Shown one piece after another: positions 1-10,255 of a DNA stretch of 64,000 nucleotides. The DNA is from an uncultured Desulfobacter sp. (GTDB taxonomy: Bacteria > Desulfobacterota > Desulfobacteria > Desulfobacterales > Desulfobacteraceae), in NCBI GenBank assembly GCA_963665095.1, contig OY762069.1, forward strand, positions 2,816,001-2,880,000. Reading direction: 5' to 3'. The first letter of the stretch is position 1. Every line of letters starts with the position of its first letter. The notes under the pieces were generated by a model. The model searched no databases. It was given only the letters and a program-made list of their open reading frames with translations, and was not told the origin of the DNA. Position numbers and translations under genes: made by a program.

Positions 1-910
1 TGTCGATGGCCTTGCCCATGGCAATGACATTGCCGCCTGAAACCGTGGAGATACCGATCCCCACCGCCTCTTTGCCGTTATAGCGCATGAGTTCGTCTGC
101 CGGTGTGATGGTGTCATGGCGGATTCTTGCCACCTCTTTTAACCGGATCATGCGCCCTTCGGAGCTGCTGATCAGCTGGTTGCCGATATCTTCAATGGCG
201 TTATAATCTCCTGTGATGCGTAAAGAGATGTATTCTCCGCCCACTGGCACGGCCCCGGCCGGTGTGACCCGGTTCTGGGAAGCAATGATGCTGAAAATGG
301 TGTCCGGACGCACCCCAAGCTGTGACAACTTTGCCCGGTCAATTTCAATAAACACCGCCTCCCGGGGAAAACCCCAGAAATCAATCCGGCCGACATCAGT
401 GCAGGTGAGCAGTTCCCGGCGCAGGTCCTTTGCATACTCCTTGAGCTGCATTTTATCGTACCCGTCGCCGGTGACGGCAAACAGCACCCCGTAGACATCC
501 CCGAAGTCATCATTGACCAAAGGCTGCCCGCAGCCAGGGGGCAGCTGCCCGTTAACGCTTCCCACCTTGCGCCGAAGCTCGTCCCACACCTGGGGCAGAT
601 TATGTTTATCGTAGATCTCCAGGGTCTCCGCAAAAATAATAGAGACCCCGGCCCGGGATATGGAGCGGACCTCCTTGAGCTGCTTGAGCTGCTGGATGGC
701 TGTTTCTATGGGCTCGGTCACCTCCAGCTCCACCTGCCGGGCAGAGGCGCCCGGATACTGCGTATAAATCACGGCTTCCTTAATAGTGAATTCCGGGTCC
801 TCCAGCCGGCCGATATGCAGAAAGCTGAACATGCCGCCAAGCACAATCAAAAGGCTGAAAACCAGGGTGACAACTTTATAACGAACCGCATATAATCCCA
901 GATTGTTCAT
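1..910 (-). CDS. RND efflux transporter permease subunit (AcrB/AcrD/AcrF family), 5' part; runs off window start
   Basis: Not in the ORF track. Read by hand from the ATG at 910: MNNLGLYAVRYKVVTLVFSLLIVLGG...LEDPEFTIKEAVIYTQYPGASARQVELEVTEPIETAIQQ, a typical AcrB N-terminus. ATGA overlap with the upstream adaptor's stop. Confidence 0.93.
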   Translation of the reverse strand, partial: MNNLGLYAVRYKVVTLVFSLLIVLGGMFSFLHIGRLEDPEFTIKEAVIYTQYPGASARQVELEVTEPIETAIQQLKQLKEVRSISRAGVSIIFAETLEIYDKHNLPQVWDELRRKVGSVNGQLPPGCGQPLVNDDFGDVYGVLFAVTGDGYDKMQLKEYAKDLRRELLTCTDVGRIDFWGFPREAVFIEIDRAKLSQLGVRPDTIFSIIASQNRVTPAGAVPVGGEYISLRITGDYNAIEDIGNQLISSSEGRMIRLKEVARIRHDTITPADELMRYNGKEAVGIGISTVSGGNVIAMGKAID

Positions 911-2028
911 CCTTCCAATCCTTCCTTGCCTTTTTTCATGGGGCGGACCCGCTTGGTTTCATCAAGGGTGTAAAGCCCGGCTGTAGCCACCAGATCGTTT
1001 GCATGAAGACCACTGGTTACCTCAATACGGTTGTCATGCATGGGACCGATCAGCACCTGCTGTTTTCTTGCCTTTTGCGCCCGGGGATCCACAATCCAGA
1101 CATAGGGCTTGCCGCCGGGATCAAAGGCCACGGCCTCAACCGGTACCAGCACGGTCGAAGGACCGGGAACCGGTTTCTCAGGCTGTTTCACAATGGTTGA
1201 CACTGTTGCTGTCATGCCAGGCAGGATGCGCATATCCGCAGGTGACGGCAGCCGGATGACCAGGGCGTATGTGCGGGTATCCCGACTGGATTCCATTCGC
1301 AACTCCAAGGCTGTGGCCGGGAATAAAATTTGGGGGTCTGCATCAAAACGAACGTTGATCAGATCCAGAATATCGACACCGCCCCGGGCAACAAGCTGTT
1401 CGGGCAGCTGCACTTCAACTTCAATGCCGGCCACATCCTGAAGCAGCAGGACCGGCTCTCCATTGTTCACATGCTCTTTTTTCTCCACAAAGCGTTTGGC
1501 AACCAGGCCGTCAAAGGGGGCGGTCAGACGGGTATCGGCCAGGGCCTTTTCCTTGATATCAAGTTCTGCCCTGGCCACATCATGGGCGGATTTGGCCGTG
1601 TCAAACTGGGCTTTGCTCAGCACCTTTTCCTTATAAAGCTGCGATGCACGGTGAAAATCATTTTCCGACGCCTGAAACCTTGCCCGGGCCGCTTTGACCG
1701 CATACAGATGGTTCCTGCTGTCAAGAGATGCCAGAAGATCTCCCTTTTTTACCTTCTGCCCCTCCAGGATATTTAACTGCTCGATCTGGCCGGGAATCTG
1801 GAAAGAGAGCTCCGCCCTTTTGGCCGCTTTGACCTTGCCCGGAAATCTCAACGATTGTTCTGACTCACAGATAATGGCCGCAGCCGTTGGAATGGGCCGG
1901 ACCACCTCTTTTGCAGTTGCGTCCCTGGCTGAAACCCGGGTGGAAAAAAACCGGTTTCCGGTTTCCGTAAAAATGAGAACCAGGAAAAGCAGGGCCAGGA
2001 CGGCCAGGCTTGAGATGACTTTTTTCAT
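907..2028 (-). CDS. RND efflux periplasmic adaptor (membrane fusion protein)
   Basis: N-terminal hydrophobic anchor, lipoyl half-motifs (EGQKVKKGDLLASLD, LTAPFDGLV) and LPGMTATV. Start taken at MKKVIS. Confidence 0.93.
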   Translation of the reverse strand: MKKVISSLAVLALLFLVLIFTETGNRFFSTRVSARDATAKEVVRPIPTAAAIICESEQSLRFPGKVKAAKRAELSFQIPGQIEQLNILEGQKVKKGDLLASLDSRNHLYAVKAARARFQASENDFHRASQLYKEKVLSKAQFDTAKSAHDVARAELDIKEKALADTRLTAPFDGLVAKRFVEKKEHVNNGEPVLLLQDVAGIEVEVQLPEQLVARGGVDILDLINVRFDADPQILFPATALELRMESSRDTRTYALVIRLPSPADMRILPGMTATVSTIVKQPEKPVPGPSTVLVPVEAVAFDPGGKPYVWIVDPRAQKARKQQVLIGPMHDNRIEVTSGLHANDLVATAGLYTLDETKRVRPMKKGKEGLEG

Positions 2029-2047
2029 AATATGTTCCTTCTGTAAT

Positions 2048-3502
2048 TTAATGATGTGTGTTAACTGTTTCGACCTTTTTTTTATGGGTGCCTTCCGATA
2101 CAGACGGTTCAAAAGGGATTTCCCACTCTTTCATATATTTCCAGACCGTGGTCCGGCTGATCTGAAGCTTTCTTGCCGTTTGTGCCTTATTCCACTGGCA
2201 GGTGTGTAAAGCGTCCATCAGACGATTTCGTGTCAGGGTCTGTTGCCCGTTCACCTTGTCCCTATCGTCAGGGCCAGACAACATCTCCTGGGTACCGGGG
2301 GCATACTGCCGGATTTCCAGGGGGAGGTCTGGCGAGTGAATTGCGTTTGAATCACACAGGACAAAGGCGTGTTCAATGGCGTGCCCAAGCTCCCGGACAT
2401 TGCCGGGCCAGGGGTAATTCATCAGGCGTTTCATGGCCCCGGGCGTGATTTTCTGCACCATCTTTGCGGTCTTTTTATTCTGCCGGTCCATGAAAAAGTT
2501 GATCAACAGCGGAATGTCAGACATCCTCTCCCGCAGGGCCGGCACCTGCACGGTGAAAACCTTGAGACGGTAATATAAATCCTCCCGGAACCGGCCCTTT
2601 TGGACAAGCCTGGGAAGATTTCTGTGGGTGGCGGTAATAATCCGGATATCCAGTTTTCTTTTCCGGGACTCTCCGATCCGCTCGATCTCTTTTTCCTGGA
2701 TAACCCGAAGCAGTTTGGTCTGGACCAAAGGGGTAAGCTCACCGATCTCATCTAAAAAAATCGTGCCGGTATGTGCCTCTTCAAGCCGGCCTTTACGGCT
2801 TGCCACAGCACCTGTAAACGCCCCCTTGGCATGGCCGAACAACTCACTTTCCAGGAGGGACTCGGCAAGGGCTGCGCAGTTCACGATCACAAAGGGTTTG
2901 TTTGCCCGGCTGCCGTTATAGTGAACAGCGCCGGCCACAAGCTCCTTGCCCGTGCCGCTCTCCCCCTGGATCAGGACTGTGGCCTCGCTTTCTGAAACAG
3001 CGGTTATGGCGGCAAACAAGGACTGCATCACAGGGCTTTTGCCGATGATTTTGTCCAGGCCGTGCATCTCACCTAACCGGCGGCTGGCATCCCTGAACTT
3101 ACTCCTGGCTTTTTCAAGCTCAGTGATGTCGGTAATGGCCTCAATGATCCCTAAAAGCCGACCCTGATCGTCCTTGACAGCTGTGGCGTTTTTAATGACA
3201 GGAATATCGAATCCGGACCGGTGCCGAAGATAGCACTCCACGGCACCGGTCACCTCCCCTTGAAGCAAGGCGCAATGCTTTGAATCTTTTGGACTTGCAA
3301 TTCCGATGCAGTTGGAAAAATTGAGCAGCCGGCACGGCTGCCCTAACGCCTGTTTGGCGGTAAAACCGGAAATGGTTTCCATGGCCCGGCTCCATGAGAT
3401 GATCCTGCCGTGGGCATCCAGAATAAACACACCATCCGCCATGGTGTCCAGGATCTGGCGCATCAGATAGTTATTTTCAAGGGCAGATAACAGCGATGTC
3501 AT
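2048..3502 (-). CDS. Sigma54-dependent enhancer-binding protein with PAS domain
   Basis: Cys-rich PAS N-terminus, GESGTGKE, GAFTGA, FLDEIGE, WPGNVREL and a C-terminal Fis-type HTH. Confidence 0.95.
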   Translation of the reverse strand: MTSLLSALENNYLMRQILDTMADGVFILDAHGRIISWSRAMETISGFTAKQALGQPCRLLNFSNCIGIASPKDSKHCALLQGEVTGAVECYLRHRSGFDIPVIKNATAVKDDQGRLLGIIEAITDITELEKARSKFRDASRRLGEMHGLDKIIGKSPVMQSLFAAITAVSESEATVLIQGESGTGKELVAGAVHYNGSRANKPFVIVNCAALAESLLESELFGHAKGAFTGAVASRKGRLEEAHTGTIFLDEIGELTPLVQTKLLRVIQEKEIERIGESRKRKLDIRIITATHRNLPRLVQKGRFREDLYYRLKVFTVQVPALRERMSDIPLLINFFMDRQNKKTAKMVQKITPGAMKRLMNYPWPGNVRELGHAIEHAFVLCDSNAIHSPDLPLEIRQYAPGTQEMLSGPDDRDKVNGQQTLTRNRLMDALHTCQWNKAQTARKLQISRTTVWKYMKEWEIPFEPSVSEGTHKKKVETVNTHH

Positions 3503-3914
3503 ATTTTTCCTCAAGCTTTTGTTTACCGGTGTGGACAGGTGCCTGGCCAGTGAGTTCAGCCAAACAAACTCTATTCATATTTGTCGTCAATTGCAATGCG
3601 GCCCTCTTTCTCTCAAAAGACTGTTCCATGCCCCTTTGGCCTTGAAATCAGGGCCTGTATTTTCAGTGATGCATGAATTTTAGCAATTATTTTCAATATT
3701 TTATAATATATCTAATGCCAAAGTCCCCTGGCCGCCACCCGCCATGAAAGGTCTTAAGGTCATTCCCCAGGGGTAATAATAGATGGGGAGCGGGTATAAA
3801 TTTATGGCTGAGATGCATGTTGGTTTTTTAGAACAAATTTCAGAGGCCGGACCTGTCCAGGGGTAACTGGACCAAGGTGCGGCCTCCTTTGTCATTGACG
3901 GCATTCAAGTAAAT

Positions 3915-4301
3915 TTACCGTTTATTCATGGCTTTCATTTCCGCTACCTGATCCCAGGAACAGAAGAAATCACCGTGTGTTAATACCTCTAATTTTTCAA
4001 CCACAATGGCTTTGCCCTTCAGGGTTCCTTTAATCCGAACCTGCTTTTTATAAGCCAGCTCTTTGTAAATCCGCCGCAGGTTGGGCATGAAAAAATATTT
4101 ACCATCCCCGGTCACCAGGACAAAGTCTCTTTCCATTGCAAGGTGGGGATCGTTGATATCCTTTGCGCAGTTCAGTTGATTGATTACACAATCCGCGCCC
4201 TCTATGGTGCCGTTGAACAGATCTGAGCCAAATGCCGCAGACCCGGCTGCAAATACCGACAGGATCAAAACAAGTGCCGGAAGGGTTAATTTAAGCTTCA
4301 T
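3915..4301 (-). CDS. Exported hypothetical protein with signal peptide and Cys pair (CVINQLNC)
   Basis: RBS (GGAG) before MKLKLTLPALVLIL, signal-peptide-like N-terminus, upstream sigma54-type promoter. Confidence 0.75.
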   Translation of the reverse strand: MKLKLTLPALVLILSVFAAGSAAFGSDLFNGTIEGADCVINQLNCAKDINDPHLAMERDFVLVTGDGKYFFMPNLRRIYKELAYKKQVRIKGTLKGKAIVVEKLEVLTHGDFFCSWDQVAEMKAMNKR

Positions 4302-4371
4302 GGGGGTCTCTCCTTTTATTAAAAGTAAAAAAAGTTTGAACAATAAAACTCAACTGTTCGAAACATAATAA

Positions 4372-4387
4372 TTCAGGAAACGTGCCA
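4372..4387 (-). promoter_or_regulatory. Putative sigma54 (-24/-12) promoter
   Basis: Minus strand TGGCACG-TTTC-CTGAA: perfect -24 box, variant -12 box (GA for GC). Confidence 0.55.
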
Positions 4388-4532
4388 CTTGGCGATGAGC
4401 CTGCGCCAGAATGAGACAAATAGAAAAATAAGAACCAAATCCTGGGCACAGAAAGCTGCCTGGAGAAAAACCTTTCCATATTTCATGGTTGTGACAGCCT
4501 TTTTTTACACCCATCCCGTCACCAAAACAGCA

Positions 4533-4574
4533 TGAACGTTCACCGTGAACGTCCAGGGTGAACGTTCACCCTGG
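4533..4574. promoter_or_regulatory. Clustered TGAACGT(TCA) palindromic sites, probable enhancer for a sigma54 activator
   Basis: TGAACGTTCA (4533-4542), GTGAACGTCC (4545-4554) and perfect 22-bp palindrome CCAGGGTGAACGTTCACCCTGG (4553-4574). Confidence 0.6.
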
Positions 4575-4630
4575 CAGGCAGCAACTAAGACCGGACAGGC
4601 GTCCGGTTTGGGAGCTGTGAAAGGTGCCAA

Positions 4631-4672
4631 AAAACGAAAAGCGCCGGGCCTTTTTTAAAAGCCCGGCGCTTT
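4631..4672 (-). terminator. Rho-independent terminator of the porin gene
   Basis: AAAGCGCCGGGC / GCCCGGCGCTTT 12-bp stem followed by a T-rich tract on the minus strand. Confidence 0.8.
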
Positions 4673-4712
4673 GGGAGGTGAGAAGAACCTTAACGATTCT
4701 TAAAAGGCGGGG

Positions 4713-5759
4713 TTAAAAAGTGATCTGCCATTTGGCACCGAAATAGGTGATTTCGTCCTGGCTGTCCTCCTGGTAGTCAATTACGCCGATTTCGGGAACG
4801 ATCACCACGCCTGAGGCCATGGTGACAGGGGCCTGGAGATAGTAGGCAATCACATCCTCAGAACTTTCATCATCATATTCCGTTTCCACGTAGCCAAAAC
4901 CGGCTTCAATGGTGACAGACTCGTTGACCATGACGGCAGCCACCACCTCACAGCCCAGTGCATCATTATCAATGACCCGGTTGCCGTTAACCTTGGCATA
5001 GCCGTTTCCCAGCTCGTCTCCGGTGGTGTCGGTGGATATGATATTCCCGACATTCCGGCCGGCAAAGCCCTGGACGCCGAAAGAAGCCGGCCCTGTGCGG
5101 AATGCAGCCCTGATAACGCCGACATAGGCGTCGATATCCTGATCATCATTATACTCAAATGTATTGTATCCACCGCCTACTGCCAGGGATAATTTATCCA
5201 TGTCCACCTTGTAGCTGACTTCAATCCTTGGAAAAGCCGTCTGGGTATTGCCACTGCTGATATCGCTGGAATCAACAACTGCATCGCCATTGCTCTTAAA
5301 ATAGGTGTTATCCGGCGAGATTGCGGCAATCTCAAATCCGTCGAATTTCAGCCGGATCATGGTATGGCGCCCGGGTGACGCTTCACCCCATCCGCCAAGG
5401 CCGTTGTCCGTGTTGTAAACCTGGTTGGACAAGGGCAGGTACAAAGGGGTCCAGTCCTGGCCAACCAGAAGAGTTCCGGCGCCGAAATCCCATTCGCCGT
5501 AAAGGATGCGGACATTGGCATCTCCGCCTGATGCGCCGTATTCAAACCGGCCGGTGAGTTCATCACTGGCCCTGACCCTGGCACCGATACGGGAGTTGCT
5601 CTGCAGGGATTCGCTCAGGTTGGTGGTGTCGTTGATATCGCTGTCCGTCCAAAAGGTTTCAACCCTGGCAGACCCGTAAAAATTCCAGTCCGCAGCAAAG
5701 GCGATGCCTCCATAAACCACTGCCAGACAAGCTGTTGCCATCATCAGTTTCACTTTCAT
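4713..5759 (-). CDS. Outer-membrane porin-like beta-barrel protein
   Basis: Signal peptide (AFA-A), ADWNFYGSARV start, amphipathic beta pattern, C-terminal BAM motif (GAKWQITF). Confidence 0.8.
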   Translation of the reverse strand: MKVKLMMATACLAVVYGGIAFAADWNFYGSARVETFWTDSDINDTTNLSESLQSNSRIGARVRASDELTGRFEYGASGGDANVRILYGEWDFGAGTLLVGQDWTPLYLPLSNQVYNTDNGLGGWGEASPGRHTMIRLKFDGFEIAAISPDNTYFKSNGDAVVDSSDISSGNTQTAFPRIEVSYKVDMDKLSLAVGGGYNTFEYNDDQDIDAYVGVIRAAFRTGPASFGVQGFAGRNVGNIISTDTTGDELGNGYAKVNGNRVIDNDALGCEVVAAVMVNESVTIEAGFGYVETEYDDESSEDVIAYYLQAPVTMASGVVIVPEIGVIDYQEDSQDEITYFGAKWQITF

Positions 5760-5844
5760 GCTTTTTCCTTCCTTGAAAAGATTTTATTAACAATGCTGTT
5801 TCCCAGGGTTTTCGCTGGAATCCAGCGCAACAGCCATCTTTAAG

Positions 5845-5860
5845 AGCAAAGAGCATACCA
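5845..5860 (-). promoter_or_regulatory. Sigma54 promoter of the porin gene
   Basis: Minus strand TGGTATG-CTCT-TTGCT, about 85 nt upstream of the start. Confidence 0.7.
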
Positions 5861-6141
5861 GGAATATAACCAATTGAAATAACGGAATTTACTCGCACAC
5901 AACAAACTATAGAAACGATAGGAAGAAACTTTGGGAAAGGATTTTGGGTGGCCATGACCCTATTCCATGCCCGAACCCAATCAATTCTTCTTTGTCTTTT
6001 CTTTTCCATGCCCAGATAACCAAGGCTCAGCGAAAGGAACCGGATTTAATTCATATGGAATGCTTTCCAATTTTGGGGGTTTTTATGAGAATGCATGCCT
6101 GGACGAAAAAAAATAGACATATCTGCTTTGTCTGGGAATTT

Positions 6142-6735
6142 TTATTTGATTGTTACCAGAGCGGCCACCCAGGTCATTGACCCGTCCTGTTCACCGTCGT
6201 TTTTCACAAAAGTTGAACTCCATCCTGCGGACTTCATCAGCTTCCCCACATCAACCCCGAAGCCGGACATGGAGGGACGGGCACTGTCTGGATGGCGACA
6301 TTCACCGCTTCCGTGTAGCACCTGGCAATATTCATATTTTTTACAAAAGCTGATCTTGCATGATCCTGCCGCAAATCCTTCGGAACCGGTAAAGCCCAAG
6401 GATTTTGCCTTTTGTTCGGTGACTGCCGCAAGGGCCTGCAATATCCGGAAGATCTCATGGCGACCCGTGCCCATTAATGACGCTTTATCCACTTCCAGTC
6501 GGATAACGACAGCATATTGACTTGCTTCAAGTTTTTTTCTGAATCCTTCCGGGCCTGAAACATTTGGTGGGCAACTCATGGATTTCCCATAGGCGGGGCA
6601 CCCGGGTTCCCGGCAAAAATCAGCAAAATGATTTTTAACCGATATCTCACCAGGCGAAATCACGGCGACACGGGTGGCACCATTTTCCAGAGCGCAATCC
6701 ATTATCTGCCGTATCTTCTCTTTTACACTGACCAT
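6142..6735 (-). CDS. DUF2284-family Cys-rich metal-binding protein
   Basis: CREPGCPAYGKSMSCPP ... GSCKISFC ... CRHPDSARPSMSGFGVDV pattern. Confidence 0.8.
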   Translation of the reverse strand: MVSVKEKIRQIMDCALENGATRVAVISPGEISVKNHFADFCREPGCPAYGKSMSCPPNVSGPEGFRKKLEASQYAVVIRLEVDKASLMGTGRHEIFRILQALAAVTEQKAKSLGFTGSEGFAAGSCKISFCKKYEYCQVLHGSGECRHPDSARPSMSGFGVDVGKLMKSAGWSSTFVKNDGEQDGSMTWVAALVTIK

Positions 6736-6966
6736 TGATCATCTCCATAACAGTAATGCTAGAGATCAAATCCTCTGACACAAAAACCTGAGAAACATGA
6801 TCCTCACTCAAAAAGTCCAACGTCCCAATTGAGAATTCATATGGCTTATTGTCTTTGATTTACCATTACATGGGGCGAATTGAAACTTAACTGCCTGGAG
6901 AGTATCCCGCACCATATCGGGATTGCAAGAAAAAAGTCGGCACCCAATTGATTATGCTGGATAACT

Positions 6967-7127
6967 TAGGCATTGCACAGAAATAAATTATGCAGATTGC
7001 GCCGAATTTTTATTCGTATTTAAGGCGGGGCAATGCGCGCATAACGAGCTATGTAAGTGTTGCCCCAACGAAAAATACGGATAAAAAGGCAAGCAAGATG
7101 TGTGATTTATTTTTTTGTAGTGCCTTA
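6967..7127. repeat. MITE-like nested palindromic element (~160 bp)
   Basis: Imperfect terminal IR AGGCATTGCACAGAAATAAAT / ATTTATTTTTTTGTAGTGCCT. Inner IRs TTTTTATTCGTATTT/AAATACGGATAAAAA and GGGGCAA/TTGCCCC. TA at both ends. Confidence 0.65.
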
Positions 7128-7326
7128 AATATTTTATTGCGGGTTTATATTCAGGAAAACGCCTTCCTGTAACCGGGGGCGATAAAACTAAGGGACCTGT
7201 ATTTTAGGTGGTACCGACCTGTCCCTGCTTAAATCATTGCAGGGGCTCCTTAAATATATACTTTTTGCTTCTTTTTTGTCATATTCTCTGCCATTAGTCC
7301 TTTTATAAGTCAGGGATTTTAGGAGA

Positions 7327-8880
7327 ATGATGAGTTTCACTTTTATTTTTAAAATTGCTAATCTTGCAGTTTCTTTTATATCGCTTGCCCTCACAGTCAA
7401 TGCAGTTAATAAAAGATCTATATCCCGTCCGCTTCAATATTACGCCGGCGTCATGGTCTCATGTACAATATATACTGTCAGTTACCTTCTCGAAATCCAT
7501 ATGCCGACCCTTGAATGGGCAATAATATGCCTGAACATTGAATACCTTGGTTTAACCTTTATACCGGTCTTCTGGATTCTTATGGCCTGGTCCTTCAATC
7601 CCAACGATCTTGACAAAGACAGCCGTACCCGAGACTATCTCCAGTATTTAATGATTATCCCGATTATTTTTACTATATGCATGTGGACCAATCCAATTCA
7701 CCATTTCGTTTACAAAAGCTTCCATCTGGTGGATGTCCCAACCCCAATCACTGTTATTGGTTATGACAGAAATATTGGTTTCTGGATCATAAATATTGTT
7801 CTGGTTGGTTTGTATGTTATCGGTGCATTCAGATTCATTTACAATGTCATCTACACAAAAGAGATAATAAGACGGCATCTGATATTACTCCTGGTTGCGG
7901 CGGTGTTACCCATCGTCGCCCATATCCTCCTTTTGGGAAAGGTCATCCCCCTCGGGCTTGACATAGTGCCCATCACCTTCGCTCTTTCAGGGCTTCTTCT
8001 ATTCTGGGGCATGTTCAGGATTCAGCTCTTTGATTTTATTCCCATCGCAAAGAATATGGTTCTGGACGCAATGAAGGAGGCGGCCTTTGTTATAGATACA
8101 AAATTCAGAATTGTAGAATGCAATCAGGCCGCAAAGGAAACTTTCTTGAAAGATGATACCGCTGTTCTGGGGAAGAGGCTTGATGTATTAGCCCCCAAGC
8201 TTTGGGAAAGACTTAAGGATATAGAAAGCACCTTGGAAATAGAATTTAAAATTGACGGAGAAAAACGCAATTTCAATGTATCGGTATCTGAAATCACCCA
8301 TAATTCCCACGGATACCTCGGAAACATCTATATCCTGCACGATATTACCGAAGTGAAATACTATATAAAAAAGCTTGAAACGTTAGCCTCCTTTGACAGC
8401 CTGACCGGATTGTTTAACCGGAGACACTTTTTTAAACTTGCGTCAATGGAAGTGGCAAGGATTGAAAGAGCCGGGGGGTATTTTTCAATAATCATATTTG
8501 ATCTGGATAACTTTAAATTAATAAATGACAGCTATGGTCATCTTGCAGGAGACGCAGTCCTTCAAACAGTCGGGCAGATTATCAAGGCCAATATGCGATC
8601 CGGCGATCTTGCCGGGCGCTGCGGAGGAGAAGAATTCGGACTGCTCTATCATAATGCCGGGCCAAAAGGCGCTGAAGGATCGGTGGAGCGCCTGCGCAGG
8701 CGGATAGAAGAAACTCCCGTCCATTTCGGCAAAGATTTGATTAATGTTACGGCCAGTTTCGGCATCAGCTTTTATGAAGCCAATACAAACATGACCCTTG
8801 AAAAATGCTTTCAACATGCTGACGAGGCCATGTATAAGGCAAAAAAATCCGGCAGAAACCGAATATGCCATTATTCCTGA
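7327..8880 (+). CDS. Diguanylate cyclase (HisKA_7TM-like membrane sensor, PAS, GGDEF)
   Basis: Seven hydrophobic segments with WTNPIHHF, then PAS, DSLTGLFNRR, RxxD I-site (RSGD), GGEEF A-site and ADEAMYKAKKSGRN. Confidence 0.93.
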   Translation: MMSFTFIFKIANLAVSFISLALTVNAVNKRSISRPLQYYAGVMVSCTIYTVSYLLEIHMPTLEWAIICLNIEYLGLTFIPVFWILMAWSFNPNDLDKDSRTRDYLQYLMIIPIIFTICMWTNPIHHFVYKSFHLVDVPTPITVIGYDRNIGFWIINIVLVGLYVIGAFRFIYNVIYTKEIIRRHLILLLVAAVLPIVAHILLLGKVIPLGLDIVPITFALSGLLLFWGMFRIQLFDFIPIAKNMVLDAMKEAAFVIDTKFRIVECNQAAKETFLKDDTAVLGKRLDVLAPKLWERLKDIESTLEIEFKIDGEKRNFNVSVSEITHNSHGYLGNIYILHDITEVKYYIKKLETLASFDSLTGLFNRRHFFKLASMEVARIERAGGYFSIIIFDLDNFKLINDSYGHLAGDAVLQTVGQIIKANMRSGDLAGRCGGEEFGLLYHNAGPKGAEGSVERLRRRIEETPVHFGKDLINVTASFGISFYEANTNMTLEKCFQHADEAMYKAKKSGRNRICHYS

Positions 8881-8893
8881 AAAAGAAAAATGG

Positions 8894-10255
8894 TCAGCCT
8901 ACCACGGTATCATAGGGGTAAAATCCTTTGGGGATACCGTTTAGCAAGGCTTTCTGGGGATTGTGAAACTCTCCGCTGTTAAAGATATGGGCCAGCAGGG
9001 CATCCCGGTCTTTGGGAGCTGCCAGGTGGGCAATGGCCACGGCATGTTCGGTCAGGCTTAGGCTTCTTGGATCAAATATGCCGTTTTCCGTGACGATCAT
9101 CACAGGGTCTGCGGCAATGGCTGTGGTGGTAATGCCTTCGGGGCACTTATCCACTATTTTGGTCATCCCTTTGGCGGTTTCAGCTTTCATGGCAATGATG
9201 GGAACGCCGCCCGGCGACAGATAGGCCCCGCGCAGAAAGTCGGCCTGGCCCCCTACCCCGGAATAAATTTTTCTAGCCATAAGAGAATCTGCCCAGATAT
9301 TGCCGTGCAGGTCCACGCCAATGGCAGAGTTGATGGCCACCATTTTCGGGTACCGGGCCAGACTTATCACAGAGTTGGTTTTGTCCGAGGGACGCCCCTG
9401 GACGCTGGAGTTGACGTCAAGCCAATTATACCCCTCCCGGGTGCCGGATAAAAAAAGCGTGGAGGTGGAAAAAGGGGAGTTCAAATACCGGTTGGTCACA
9501 ATACCTTTCTGGACCAACACCCGCATGGCATCGGTGAACAGCTCGGTTCGGATGCCAAGATCTTTCACCCCTTTTTCAATGATGGCCTGGGTCACGGCCT
9601 TGGGCACCTCACCTATGCCGTACTGAAGTGTGGACCCGTCATGGATGAAGCGGACAGCAATCATTCTGGCAATGCGCATGGCAATGTCATCCGGCTCTTT
9701 TACCGGGCTGACCGGCAGGTCATAATCCACGTCCAGCAGAAAATCGATCTCTTCCTCCGGGATGGTGGTCCCGAGAATAAACGGGGTTTTCTTGTTGCGC
9801 TCGGCAATGACGATACCGCCGTTTTCCTTTGCACAGCGTACAGCCTGGGCCACGCCTTCCACAGCCGTACCAAGACTGTAGTTGCCGCCGTTGTCAGGCC
9901 CGGCCACGGAGATCATGGCCACATTGGGCCTGATACAGGTTTTAAGTTGTCTCGGGACATCGGATAAATGCATCAGCTGGTATTTTGCATGCCCTTCATT
10001 GACGGCCCTGCGGGAATGGGGACCGTTGAAAATGATACGGTGGGTAATCCGTGAACAGGCCTCATCACTGAAAACATCGGCCACATTTCCCAAAACCAGG
10101 ATGCTGAGCATCTCCACATCACGAATACTTTTATCACAGGCCATATGGCGTAAAAACACCTGGGGTGTGGATGCATTGCCCGAACAATAAATCAGACTGT
10201 CCGGTTTAAGGATCAAAGGATTAATAACATCTTCAACACACTGGACAACTTTCAT
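8894..10255 (-). CDS. Acetyl-CoA hydrolase/transferase family (4-hydroxybutyrate CoA-transferase-like)
   Basis: LQYGIG, RTELFTD (catalytic Glu position), INSAIGVDLHG, SGVGGQADF. Confidence 0.9.
   Translation of the reverse strand: MKVVQCVEDVINPLILKPDSLIYCSGNASTPQVFLRHMACDKSIRDVEMLSILVLGNVADVFSDEACSRITHRIIFNGPHSRRAVNEGHAKYQLMHLSDVPRQLKTCIRPNVAMISVAGPDNGGNYSLGTAVEGVAQAVRCAKENGGIVIAERNKKTPFILGTTIPEEEIDFLLDVDYDLPVSPVKEPDDIAMRIARMIAVRFIHDGSTLQYGIGEVPKAVTQAIIEKGVKDLGIRTELFTDAMRVLVQKGIVTNRYLNSPFSTSTLFLSGTREGYNWLDVNSSVQGRPSDKTNSVISLARYPKMVAINSAIGVDLHGNIWADSLMARKIYSGVGGQADFLRGAYLSPGGVPIIAMKAETAKGMTKIVDKCPEGITTTAIAADPVMIVTENGIFDPRSLSLTEHAVAIAHLAAPKDRDALLAHIFNSGEFHNPQKALLNGIPKGFYPYDTVVG

Noticed and set aside
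3701..3904. 67-aa ORF between the exported protein and the EBP
   Set aside because: No RBS or motif support; probably non-coding.
4533..4574. CRISPR-like repeats
   Set aside because: The units are only about 10 bp with no spacers and no cas genes. No CRISPR array was seen anywhere in the window.
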